DNA from: Bacteroidota bacterium
GTDB taxonomy: Bacteria > Bacteroidota > Bacteroidia > Bacteroidales > WCHB1-69
Direction of reading: 5' to 3'
DNA: 64,000 bases
Assembly: GCA_023413895.1 (NCBI GenBank)
Contig: JAEZOU010000003.1
Coordinates: 62,254-126,253, forward strand
The translations under genes and the position numbers were made by a program. This document shows, one piece after another, positions 10,862 through 19,576 of the stretch. Numbering within the stretch: the first letter of the stretch is position 1; each line of letters opens with the position of its first letter. The notes under the pieces are model-generated. The model saw only the letters and a list, made by a program, of their open reading frames with translations, was not told where the DNA came from and did not search any database.

Positions 10862-12073
10862 ATGAAAAAGTCATTATTTTTAGCATTATTTATGCTAGTA
10901 AGCACAACATTCGCATTTGCTCAGCCATCATGTGTACAAGACATTTGGCAAACTCTCAACAATGAGCAATACATTAAAGCTCAAAAATTGATGGAATCTT
11001 GTATGGTTGGTAACGAGGGTAGTGCTATTACATGGTTAGTAAAAGGAAATGTCTATTTAAAACTTTACGATTACGAAAATACTCGTGCTACTGAAAATCC
11101 ATCTTACAAACCACGTTTTCCATTAGCACTTGAAACCGCTAACGAAGCATTCTTCAAAGCAATGGAGATTAATCCTGATGTAAAACCTCTTTCTGGTATG
11201 GTTTCTCCTACCGATGGCCAACTTCTTTGCGCATATCCAATTCAAGAGATGGGAAATGCTGAAAAAGAAAAAGGAAATTGGGACAAAGCTATTGAATACA
11301 TTGAAAAAGCAATCAAATCATACAAAATTGATGCCAAAAGAAATAGTTTGTACATTGCATACGCATACATCGATATTGCAACTTGCTACCAAAAGAAAGG
11401 TGACGATGCTAAATATTTGGAATATATGAGAAATTCTGCAGAATTACGTCCTAACATTCCAGAACTTTACACCTCTTTGTATGACATTTACAAAGCAAAA
11501 AATGACACTGTAAACTGTTTAAGTATCTTAAAATTAGGAGAAAAAGCTGTTCCAGATTCATTGGCTGCTGACATTCAAGGAGCATACTTAGATTACTATG
11601 CATTTATCGGAGAACAAGAAAAAATGCAAACTATGGCAAACGAAATCTTAGCTAAATATGGAAATAATGCTGCTGTTGTTTCTTCAATCAGTACACAATT
11701 AATTAATGGTAGATCTTACGAAACAGCAAAAGCTGCTTTAAATAATGCAATTGCAACAAATCCTACCAACTTCGATCTCATTCAAACAATGGCAGACTGC
11801 TACTATTTTGAAGCTATCGACAAGCAAAATGAGGGAACTGATATCCAAAAGAACAGCAAAGATGCTGATAAATGGGATAGAATCAATGCATTGAAAGAGC
11901 AATCTGATGCACTCTTTACTGAAGCTCATACTTGGTTGGAAAAAGCATACCAAATCAACAATAACGATCCACGTAACGTAAAGATGTTAAGACAATTAAA
12001 ATTACGTTTTAGAATGGAAGTTCCTGCTGATTTACAAGAAAAATATGATTCATTTTACAAAGAAAACAAATAA
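10862..12073 (+). CDS. secreted tetratricopeptide-repeat protein (paralog-like neighbour)
   Basis: The start is taken at the internal Met that begins the signal peptide MKKSLFLALFMLVSTTFAFAQ. TPR-like repeats are present. The listed GTG/ATG at 10826 overlaps the upstream gene. Confidence 0.65.
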   Translation: MKKSLFLALFMLVSTTFAFAQPSCVQDIWQTLNNEQYIKAQKLMESCMVGNEGSAITWLVKGNVYLKLYDYENTRATENPSYKPRFPLALETANEAFFKAMEINPDVKPLSGMVSPTDGQLLCAYPIQEMGNAEKEKGNWDKAIEYIEKAIKSYKIDAKRNSLYIAYAYIDIATCYQKKGDDAKYLEYMRNSAELRPNIPELYTSLYDIYKAKNDTVNCLSILKLGEKAVPDSLAADIQGAYLDYYAFIGEQEKMQTMANEILAKYGNNAAVVSSISTQLINGRSYETAKAALNNAIATNPTNFDLIQTMADCYYFEAIDKQNEGTDIQKNSKDADKWDRINALKEQSDALFTEAHTWLEKAYQINNNDPRNVKMLRQLKLRFRMEVPADLQEKYDSFYKENK

Positions 12074-12076
12074 GCT

Positions 12077-12634
12077 ATGGTCATTGAAGAATTAAAACAA
12101 TCGGAAGCCTTATTAGAAGGTCACTTTCTACTCTCATCAGGAAGACATAGTAACAGATATTGTCAATGTGCAAAATTGATGCAATATCCAGAACGAGCAG
12201 CAAAAGTTTTAAAAGTAGTTGCTGACAAATTAAAAGATGTCAAAATTGATATGGTAGTAGGGCCAGCAATGGGTGGCATTATCGTTGCATACGAATTAGG
12301 ACGCCAACTAGGAGTTCCTGCTATTTTTACAGAACGCGAAGAGGGACAAATGACACTTCGTAGAGGTTTTGAAGTAAAACCTGGACAACGTTTGCTCATT
12401 ACAGAAGATGTTGTCACTACAGGAAAATCATCATTAGAGACTATTGAGGTTTTAAAAGGTTATGGAGCAGAAGTTGTGGGTATTGCATGTATTGCCAATC
12501 GTTGTGCAGTAGAATTGGAATATCCTATTTTTGAAGCCATTAAATTAGATATCGAAAGCTGGGAAGCTACCGATTGTCCTCTTTGTAAAGAGGGAAAACC
12601 TTATATTAAACCTGGTTCAAGAAAAATTAAATAG
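12077..12634 (+). CDS. pyrE: orotate phosphoribosyltransferase
   Basis: 185 aa with the PRPP-binding motif [13 protein letters not shown] and a type I PRTase fold pattern. Confidence 0.8.
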   Translation: MVIEELKQSEALLEGHFLLSSGRHSNRYCQCAKLMQYPERAAKVLKVVADKLKDVKIDMVVGPAMGGIIVAYELGRQLGVPAIFTEREEGQMTLRRGFEVKPGQRLLITEDVVTTGKSSLETIEVLKGYGAEVVGIACIANRCAVELEYPIFEAIKLDIESWEATDCPLCKEGKPYIKPGSRKIK

Positions 12635-12651
12635 AAAAGTTAAGATCTACA

Positions 12652-13653
12652 ATGGCAAGTGAGAACTTTATTGACTATGTAAAAATATTTTTCCGATCAG
12701 GAAATGGCGGAGCGGGCAGTGCGCATTTATTGCGTACCGCCCGCAACCCTAAAGCTGGTCCAGATGGTGGAGATGGTGGCAAAGGCGGTGATATTATTCT
12801 CAAGGGCAATCGTAATTTATGGACACTATTACACTTGCGCTATACAAAACACATTTTTGCTGAAGATGGTGGAAATGGACAAGGTAACAAATGTTTTGGA
12901 AAAAATGGGAAAGATGCCATAGTGGAAGTTCCATTAGGGACAATTGTTCGAGACGTAGAAACAAACGAAATTCTTGGAGAAGTTATTAATGACGGAGAAG
13001 AGGTTATTATTTTTAAAGGTGGACGTGGAGGATTAGGAAATGTACATTTCAAGTCTCCTACTATGCAAACTCCAAGATTCGCACAACCAGGAGAAAGTGG
13101 TATTGAAGGTTGGGTTGTACTAGAGCTAAAAGTATTAGCAGATGTTGGGCTTGTAGGTTTTCCTAATGCTGGAAAATCAACCTTAATTTCTGTAGTTTCC
13201 AATGCGAAGCCCAAAATTGCAGACTATCCATTTACAACACTCACGCCGAACCTTGGCATGGTATCGTACCGTGACAACAAATCATTTGTAATTGCTGATA
13301 TTCCAGGAATTATCGAAGGAGCTTCCGAGGGGAAAGGTATTGGTTTAAGATTTTTACGTCATATAGAGCGAAATGCACTTTTACTCTTTATGGTTCCGTG
13401 TACTACCGAAGAGATAAAAAAAGAGTACAATATATTAATAAATGAAATTAGATCATACAACGAAGAGTTAATGGATAAAAAAAGAATATTAGCCATTACC
13501 AAGTGTGATTTACTATCAGAAGAGGAATTAAAAGAGGTTAAAAAAACAGCACCCAAAAATGTAAAAATTGTCTATATTTCTTCCTTTACAGAAAAGAATA
13601 TCACTAAATTAAAGGATATAATTTGGGAAAAGCTCAATGAAATCGACAATTAA
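12652..13653 (+). CDS. obg: GTPase Obg
   Basis: Gly-rich Obg fold ([23 protein letters not shown]) followed by the G domain GFPNAGKST and DIPGIIEGA. Confidence 0.9.
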   Translation: MASENFIDYVKIFFRSGNGGAGSAHLLRTARNPKAGPDGGDGGKGGDIILKGNRNLWTLLHLRYTKHIFAEDGGNGQGNKCFGKNGKDAIVEVPLGTIVRDVETNEILGEVINDGEEVIIFKGGRGGLGNVHFKSPTMQTPRFAQPGESGIEGWVVLELKVLADVGLVGFPNAGKSTLISVVSNAKPKIADYPFTTLTPNLGMVSYRDNKSFVIADIPGIIEGASEGKGIGLRFLRHIERNALLLFMVPCTTEEIKKEYNILINEIRSYNEELMDKKRILAITKCDLLSEEELKEVKKTAPKNVKIVYISSFTEKNITKLKDIIWEKLNEIDN

Positions 13654-13740
13654 ATTCACACTTAAAACACTGATAATCAACAAACAAAAATAAAAATAAG
13701 AAAAATTCAAAAAAAGTATAGTAGGTTACAAAAAAAGTTG

Positions 13741-13748
13741 TATCTTTG
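13741..13748 (+). promoter_or_regulatory. -7 promoter box upstream of rpmG
   Basis: TATCTTTG lies 38 nt upstream of the rpmG ATG. Confidence 0.5.
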
Positions 13749-13786
13749 CAACCTCAAATGATGAACGAAAAAATACGTAATTAGAA

Positions 13787-13975
13787 ATGGCAAAGAAAAA
13801 TAAAGAAGCACGTCAACAAGTGATTTTAGAGTGCACTGAACAAAAAGCAAGTGGAGTGCCAGGAATGTCAAGATACATTACTACCAAAAATAGAAAAAAC
13901 ACAACTGAGAGATTAGAATTAAAAAAATATAATCCTTATCTTAAAAAAGTAACAGTTCATAAAGAAATTAAATAG
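13787..13975 (+). CDS. rpmG: 50S ribosomal protein L33
   Basis: 62 aa. The pattern MAKK..R..V.LECTE...SG..G.SRY.T.KN..N...RLELKKY.P is typical of L33. Confidence 0.9.
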   Translation: MAKKNKEARQQVILECTEQKASGVPGMSRYITTKNRKNTTERLELKKYNPYLKKVTVHKEIK

Positions 13976-13983
13976 TTTTAACA

Positions 13984-14139
13984 ATGGCAAAGAAGGTTGT
14001 AGCAACATTAAAGAAAGAAGGTGGAGTAACCTTCACACGCGTCGTAAAAATGGAACGTTCACCAAAAACAGGTGCGTACACATTTAAAGATGTAATTGTA
14101 GAAACTGAAAATGCAAAGGACTTTTTAGCTAAAAAGTAA
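13984..14139 (+). CDS. DUF4295-type small protein (51 aa), the usual Bacteroidota partner of rpmG
   Basis: Absent from the ORF track because it is shorter than 60 aa. ATG at 13984, TAA at 14137-14139. Translation: MAKKVVATLKKEGGVTFTRVVKMERSPKTGAYTFKDVIVETENAKDFLAKK. It sits 8 nt after rpmG. Confidence 0.75.
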   Translation: MAKKVVATLKKEGGVTFTRVVKMERSPKTGAYTFKDVIVETENAKDFLAKK

Positions 14140-14164
14140 TATTTTGTTTTCATGGTTGAGGTTA

Positions 14165-14198
14165 GAGTGAGAATGGGATTCCTTTCCTGTTCTCACTC
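14165..14198 (+). terminator. hairpin after the rpmG/DUF4295 pair
   Basis: GAGTGAGAA-16 nt-TTCTCACTC, a 9-bp stem. Confidence 0.45.
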
Positions 14199-14255
14199 GC
14201 TCATTTTTAGAAGAACATATTGCTTCAGCATTTGTTCACATAAATAAAAAGGTAA

Positions 14256-15440
14256 ATGGAGAGCATCAAGCACATATTTAAGATTGGAGTAGGTCCATCT
14301 AGTTCACATACTATGGGTCCTGCCAAAGCAGCCAAAGCATTCAATGAGGCTAACGCTACAGCACACCATTTTAAGATAACCTTATATGGGAGTTTAGCGG
14401 CTACAGGAAAAGGTCACTTTACAGACGTAGCCGTTTTAAAACAATTTCCCAATAACAACGCAAAAATTATCTGGAAACCAGAAATTTTCCTTCCAGAACA
14501 TCCGAATGGTATATTATTTGAATCGTTCAGTGAAACAGATGAACTACTCACGCAACAGAAAGCATTTAGTGTTGGAGGAGGAGACATCTCCTACACAGGC
14601 GAACGAGTTTTAAAAGAGGAGATCTATCCTCTTTCATCAATGGAAGATATTTTACGCTATCTACAAAACCGAAAGTTATGGGAATATGTTTCGGAATGCG
14701 AGGAGAGCGACATTTGGGATTATCTTTCTGAAGTTTGGAAGCAAATGATGAAATGTATCCAAGATGGTTTAGAACACGAAAGTACACTACCGGGCTGTCT
14801 TCAACTTCCGAGAAAAGCTTCCACATTAAATTCGCGTTTACAAGGTATGAATAGTTTCTCTCAGCGTCGTTACTCCTCAATGGTTTACGCTTTAGCGGTT
14901 GCAGAAGAGAACGCTTCGGGACAAACCGTGGTTACGGCACCGACATGTGGTTCTTGCGGCATTCTTCCAGCAGTATTGAGAACCTATTATGAATATTACG
15001 ACAAGAGCGAGAAGAAAATTCTGCATGCACTTGCCACAGCTGGCATTATTGGGAATCTCATCAAGACGAATGCATCAATAAGTGGTGCAGAAGTGGGTTG
15101 TCAAGGTGAAGTTGGAGCAGCTTGTTCAATGGCATCTGGAGCAATTTGTCAACTATTAGGAGGTTCATCGTATCAGGTAGAATACGCAGCGGAGATGGGT
15201 TTAGAGCATCACTTAGGACTTACCTGCGATCCCGTTTGCGGATTGGTACAAGTTCCTTGTATTGAGCGAAATGCTTTCGCGGCAGTACGAGCTATTGACT
15301 CTGGTATGTATGCTTTACTTTCAGATGGAAAACACCTCATCAGCTTTGACAAAGTAGTAAAAGTGATGAAAGCCACAGGTCACGACCTTCCTTCTTTATA
15401 CAAGGAAACTGCGTTAGGAGGACTAGCCGCAGAGCAATAG
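14256..15440 (+). CDS. sdaA: L-serine ammonia-lyase (iron-sulfur-dependent, single chain)
   Basis: 394 aa. Contains GVGPSSSHTMGP, a CGxxP-type Cys cluster (PTCGSCGILPA) and GLTCDPVCGLVQVPCIERN. Confidence 0.85.
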   Translation: MESIKHIFKIGVGPSSSHTMGPAKAAKAFNEANATAHHFKITLYGSLAATGKGHFTDVAVLKQFPNNNAKIIWKPEIFLPEHPNGILFESFSETDELLTQQKAFSVGGGDISYTGERVLKEEIYPLSSMEDILRYLQNRKLWEYVSECEESDIWDYLSEVWKQMMKCIQDGLEHESTLPGCLQLPRKASTLNSRLQGMNSFSQRRYSSMVYALAVAEENASGQTVVTAPTCGSCGILPAVLRTYYEYYDKSEKKILHALATAGIIGNLIKTNASISGAEVGCQGEVGAACSMASGAICQLLGGSSYQVEYAAEMGLEHHLGLTCDPVCGLVQVPCIERNAFAAVRAIDSGMYALLSDGKHLISFDKVVKVMKATGHDLPSLYKETALGGLAAEQ

Positions 15441-15536
15441 TAAACTCAGCAAGGTAAATAGTAAATACAATAGTTTTTCCCTTTTGCAAGAGGAATAAAA
15501 TGATTATTTGCGGAAGGATTTGCGCACAAAAAGAAT

Positions 15537-15708
15537 GCGTGAGGGATTGCAGCGGTTATGAGCGCCGGTTTAGTACTTAAGAACTTAAAAATTAGAACTA
15601 AGAAATTGGATTTTAGGGAGAAAAGGTAGCGAGAGGAATAGGCGCGAAATTTGAGCGGAAAGCCCGACGGCGTGCGTTGGATTAGGCGATAGAAAAGCCG
15701 GCACGCCC
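15537..15708 (+). repeat. GC-rich interspersed intergenic repeat, copy 1 (weaker similarity to copy 3 extends upstream to ~15513)
   Basis: Shares three blocks with the copies at 23426, 58824 and 60436(-): GCGTGAGGGATTGCAGCGGTTATGAGCGCCGG, GGCGCGAAATTTGAGCGGAAAGCCCGACGGCG and GTGCG..AGCCGGCACGCCC. It lies between the convergent sdaA and fabZ. Confidence 0.85.
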
Positions 15709-15737
15709 AAACAAAAAAAACAAAAATTAGCTAATAC

Positions 15738-15772
15738 CTTCAGAGGATTAGCCACTGACCAATCCTCTGAAG
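15738..15772. terminator. strong hairpin between convergent genes (probable fabZ-operon terminator)
   Basis: CTTCAGAGGATT-11 nt-AATCCTCTGAAG, a perfect 12-bp stem 20 nt from the fabZ stop. Confidence 0.6.
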
Positions 15773-15791
15773 TGAATCAACAAGATAAATT

Positions 15792-16223
15792 TTATGGAAT
15801 AGAAACCTTATCATTATCAACAAGGACGAATGTCAACAATCCTGATACACAAAGATTTCCTGATACTTTAATTTCAGCATTAACGACAAAAAGAAGATTT
15901 TTACGTTGAATAATTTGAGCTTTTATTTGCAACACATCTCCAGGTCGTACTTGATGTTTAAAGCGCACCTTATCGATACCTGCGTAAAAAGGAGTTCTTC
16001 CGACGAGTTCATCAACTAGGAGTAAGCATGATGATTGTGCCATAATTTCGCAGAGGATTACGCCGGGCACAACAGGATAACCTGGGAAATGCCCTTGTAA
16101 AAAGAACTCATCACCTTTTACAGTATATGTTGCATAAGCCACATCATTTTCAAGATGGACCTCATCTACGAGCAACATTGGGGCTCGATGAGGCAAAATA
16201 TTCATTATTTCAGTCCGATTCAT
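15792..16223 (-). CDS. fabZ: 3-hydroxyacyl-ACP dehydratase
   Basis: 143 aa hotdog fold with ILPHRAPMLLVD and GHFPGYPVVPGVILCE. Confidence 0.85.
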   Translation of the reverse strand: MNRTEIMNILPHRAPMLLVDEVHLENDVAYATYTVKGDEFFLQGHFPGYPVVPGVILCEIMAQSSCLLLVDELVGRTPFYAGIDKVRFKHQVRPGDVLQIKAQIIQRKNLLFVVNAEIKVSGNLCVSGLLTFVLVDNDKVSIP

Positions 16224-16232
16224 ATTTCAAAA

Positions 16233-17468
16233 TTAATCGTTACAAATACGAAGAGCAACACAACCATTTTGTCCTCCAAATCCAAATGAATTTGAAATTG
16301 CCATATTGGCATCGTAACGTCTTGCCACATTAGGCACATAGTCCAAGTCACAATCAGGATCTGGAGAAAGCAGGTTAATAGTTGGCGGGAGGACACCATT
16401 TTTCAGAGTTAGTGCAGTAGCTATTAATTCAACAGCTCCAGCGGCGCCCAACAAGTGTCCCATCATTGATTTATTTGAGCTAATAGGAACATTAGCGGCG
16501 GTTTGATGTCCCAGAGCTATTTTTATAGCTTGAGTTTCTGATTTATCATTAAGAGGAGTTCCTGTACCATGAGCATTGATATATAATTTATCTTTATCAG
16601 AGTTATAATTTGCTTCTTGGAGTGCGAGAGCTATTGCCCGAGCGGCGCATTTTCCTTCTGGATGAGGAGCAGTATAGTGGTGGGCATCGCAGGTATTTCC
16701 ATAACCACAAACTTCTGCATAGATTTTGGCACCTCTTTTCTTAGCGTGCTCATACTCTTCTAAAATCATCACTCCGGCTCCTTCACCGATAGTAAAACCT
16801 TGTCTTCGAGAATCAAATGGGAGAGAAGCTGTTTCGGGATTATTCGTTCTGGAGAGGGCACGACAATTTGTAAATCCGCCTATAGCGATAGGAGTAATTG
16901 CGGCTTCGGCACCGCCAGCAATAATTGCATCGGCATATCCGCCTTTAATACAACGATACGCTTCGCCAATGGCATGTGTAGAACTTGCGCAAGCCGTAAC
17001 TACGGGCAGGCAGGGGCCTTCAGCGTGATGAATAATAGCTACATTTCCAGCAGCCATATTAGGAATCATCATAGGAATAAATAGAGGAGAAACTCGTCCT
17101 GCACCATTTTGTAACATCTTAGTATGTTCATTATGGAAAGTTTTAATTCCACCAATACCTGAGCCTATATAGACGCCTAATCGGTCAGGGTTTACAGAGA
17201 GTTGGCTATCGGTCATTGCTTGTTGAGCTGCTGCCATAGCATATTGAGTAAATAGGTCTGCGCGACGCGCCATATCCTTATCAACTCCAAAATCTTCAGG
17301 TTTAAAATCTTTAACTTCACCTGCGATTTTCACTACCAATTCATCAGTTGGAATAGATGTAATTTCAGAAATTCCTAATACACCATTTTGCAAACTATTC
17401 CAATAAGTAGCAATATCCTTTGCGATGGGAGAAATCACCCCCATACCTGTTATAACAACACGTTTCAT
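16233..17468 (-). CDS. fabF: beta-ketoacyl-ACP synthase II
   Basis: 411 aa. Active-site Cys in VVTACASSTHAIGEA, His in NAHGTGTPLND, and SNKSMMGHLLGAAG. Confidence 0.9.
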   Translation of the reverse strand: MKRVVITGMGVISPIAKDIATYWNSLQNGVLGISEITSIPTDELVVKIAGEVKDFKPEDFGVDKDMARRADLFTQYAMAAAQQAMTDSQLSVNPDRLGVYIGSGIGGIKTFHNEHTKMLQNGAGRVSPLFIPMMIPNMAAGNVAIIHHAEGPCLPVVTACASSTHAIGEAYRCIKGGYADAIIAGGAEAAITPIAIGGFTNCRALSRTNNPETASLPFDSRRQGFTIGEGAGVMILEEYEHAKKRGAKIYAEVCGYGNTCDAHHYTAPHPEGKCAARAIALALQEANYNSDKDKLYINAHGTGTPLNDKSETQAIKIALGHQTAANVPISSNKSMMGHLLGAAGAVELIATALTLKNGVLPPTINLLSPDPDCDLDYVPNVARRYDANMAISNSFGFGGQNGCVALRICND

Positions 17469-17486
17469 TTCAATATATTAATTAGA

Positions 17487-18437
17487 TTAATTCCATTGTA
17501 AAACACATGCACCAGAGACGAATCCTGCGCCAAAAGCGCTCAGCACCAAATTATCTCCGGATTTTATTTTATTAGTTCTCACCAATTCATCTAAAAGGAT
17601 TGGGATACTAGCGGAAGAGGTATTTCCGTATTTATCTAGATTGAGAGGGAACTTCTCTTTATCGCAGTTGAAATTAGCTCTAATAGAATCTATAATACGA
17701 GCATTTGCTTGATGTAGTAAAAACCAATCCACCTGAGACATTTCCAAACCTGCTTCTTTCAGTACCACATTTACATCCTGAATTGAGGAAGAGACAGCCA
17801 TTTTAAAAACATCACGGCCAGACATTACTAATGGATTTTGCATTTCTGTTCCTTCATCAAAAGGAGTTTGCTCCATTTTTCTTTGGTAGTAAAGCACTTC
17901 GGGTTTTGAAGTTGTGGTTAAGCGAATCGACTTCAGTCTATCTCCTTGAGAAACCACAACTGCTCCAGCGCCATCGCCGAAAAGCACAGAAGTATCGCGT
18001 TCCTTCCAATTGCAAAATTTTGAAGGCTCTTCGGCACAAATAATCAGAATATGGTTTGCGCGACCAGCTTTCAGCAAAGCTTCTGCCATATCTAAGGCAA
18101 AAATAAAACCCACGCAAGCACCATTAATATCAACACAAGGGCATTGAGCTTCCAACCGTTTCTGGAGAATGCAGCTCATTGCTGGAGTTACAAAATTATT
18201 TGCCACATTAGAACATATAATATAGTCTAATTGTGAAGGGTGAATATTGGCTGCTTCAATAGCAGACTGAGATGCTTTAACAGCCAACTCTAATAAATCT
18301 TCCGTAGTGATTAATCTACGTTCCTTAATTCCTGTTCTTGAGATAATCCATTCATCAGAAGTATCCAAAAATTTCGACAAATTTTCATTTGTAACCGATT
18401 GTTGAGGCAATGCGCTGCCTGTTCCTACTATTTTCAT
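17487..18437 (-). CDS. fabH: beta-ketoacyl-ACP synthase III
   Basis: 316 aa. Cys in NGACVGFIFAL, His in LLHQANARI, Asn in YGNTSSASIP. Confidence 0.85.
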   Translation of the reverse strand: MKIVGTGSALPQQSVTNENLSKFLDTSDEWIISRTGIKERRLITTEDLLELAVKASQSAIEAANIHPSQLDYIICSNVANNFVTPAMSCILQKRLEAQCPCVDINGACVGFIFALDMAEALLKAGRANHILIICAEEPSKFCNWKERDTSVLFGDGAGAVVVSQGDRLKSIRLTTTSKPEVLYYQRKMEQTPFDEGTEMQNPLVMSGRDVFKMAVSSSIQDVNVVLKEAGLEMSQVDWFLLHQANARIIDSIRANFNCDKEKFPLNLDKYGNTSSASIPILLDELVRTNKIKSGDNLVLSAFGAGFVSGACVLQWN

Positions 18438-18493
18438 GTGTATAGTTTTTACGATGGCAAAAGAACAATATTTTACTTTTTGTATTTCTGTAA

Positions 18494-18600
18494 TGTGGTA
18501 GAAATCAATAATTTTGTGGTAAAATCATCAAATATGGGGTGAAATTTTTGATATAAAGGTGAATTAGAAAAAAACAAAAAAAGGATTGGGGTGAATTAGA
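18494..18600 (+). promoter_or_regulatory. array of five phased direct repeats (consensus GKGGTRAAWT); candidate LytTR operator
   Basis: TGTGGTAGAAATC (18494), TGTGGTAAAATC (18515), TGGGGTGAAATT (18535), AAAGGTGAATTAG (18555) and TGGGGTGAATTAG (18587). The GGT cores sit at 18497/18518/18538/18558/18590, giving spacings of 21, 20, 20 and 32 nt. Confidence 0.55.
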
Positions 18601-18611
18601 AATAAAAGTTG

Positions 18612-18619
18612 TATTTTTG
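18612..18619 (+). promoter_or_regulatory. -7 promoter box for the LytTR gene
   Basis: TATTTTTG lies immediately downstream of the last direct repeat and ~95 nt upstream of the ATG at 18714. Confidence 0.45.
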
Positions 18620-18713
18620 CCAAATGAAAGGAGGTTCAATTGCACAACTAATTAACCAATTGATAAATTCTGAATAAAGATTACCCATAAACGCATAACA
18701 ACAAGACCGCCTT

Positions 18714-19574
18714 ATGATGATAATCAATGACTTAACAAGAAAAAAAGATATCTTTCGATTTATTCTTAGTGTTGCTTTTTTTGCTATTATTTTTGTATTG
18801 ATATACAAACCTGCAGGATTTCAATACATATTAAAAAGCGACAACAATCTCACTTGGTTTCTTGAATGTGGCACCATTATTGGGGTTGGAATGATAATAT
18901 TGATTTCTAGTAGACTTATTTTATATCGAGTTTCTCAAAAGAGAGAATTAACAGACCTACAATATGCCGTTTGGCTTATAGGAGAAATTTTTCTTCTCAC
19001 CTTTATATTAACCTTATGGGCATACTTTTTAAATCCTGATGGTCCTTCGTTTTTGGATATGGGATTTCGTATGTTTGTGAATATCATTAGTATATTAGCT
19101 ATTCCATATACGATTGGAACTTTATTAGAGATTTTACGCTTAAAAAACCGGAAACTTGCGGAGTCAGAGAATCGCAAAATAAAAGTTGTGGGTTCACAAC
19201 CCACAACCATTAATTTTTATGATAGAAATGGAAAATTTACAATTTCCATCAAGAAAGAAGATATTCTATACATCAAATCTGCCGATAACTACGTTGAGAT
19301 TTTCTATTTAGATGAGGGAAAAGTTATGAATCAACTACTTCGCAACTCGTTACGGAATATTGAGAATATGTTTGTTTCAGCAGGGCTCATTAGATGTCAT
19401 CGGCTTTACGTTGTCAATATGCAGAAAGTGAAATTAGTAAAACGTTCTAAAGAATCAATATTAGTTTTAGAGTTATCCGAAACGACAGAATCTATTCCTG
19501 TTTCTTCCACATACACAAAGAGCATCATGCAATATATTACAGAGACTAGTGCAGAGAATGCTGCAACAGAATAG
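18714..19574 (+). CDS. membrane-anchored LytTR-family DNA-binding protein (no receiver domain)
   Basis: 286 aa. It has ~4 predicted TM helices in the first ~150 aa. The C-terminal LytTR pattern is ILYIKSADNYVEIFY...LIRCHRLYVVNMQKV. Confidence 0.75.
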   Translation: MMIINDLTRKKDIFRFILSVAFFAIIFVLIYKPAGFQYILKSDNNLTWFLECGTIIGVGMIILISSRLILYRVSQKRELTDLQYAVWLIGEIFLLTFILTLWAYFLNPDGPSFLDMGFRMFVNIISILAIPYTIGTLLEILRLKNRKLAESENRKIKVVGSQPTTINFYDRNGKFTISIKKEDILYIKSADNYVEIFYLDEGKVMNQLLRNSLRNIENMFVSAGLIRCHRLYVVNMQKVKLVKRSKESILVLELSETTESIPVSSTYTKSIMQYITETSAENAATE

Positions 19575-19576
19575 AA

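Noticed and set aside
12840-13214. 124-aa antisense ORF inside obg, and similar antisense ORFs at 36519-37001, 40696-41088, 28413-28766, 30375-30824 and 47390-47755
   Set aside because: They lie fully within strongly supported genes on the opposite strand. Their low-complexity translations are typical of frame shadows, and they have no promoter boxes.
15537-15708. Small peptide encoded in the GC-rich repeat (conserved ATGAGCGCC...)
   Set aside because: After the conserved ATG the four copies read MSAGLVLKNL..., MSAEFRT*, MSAGFRI* and MSAGHEF*. Lengths range from 7 to 23 codons and the sequence is not conserved, so coding is unlikely.
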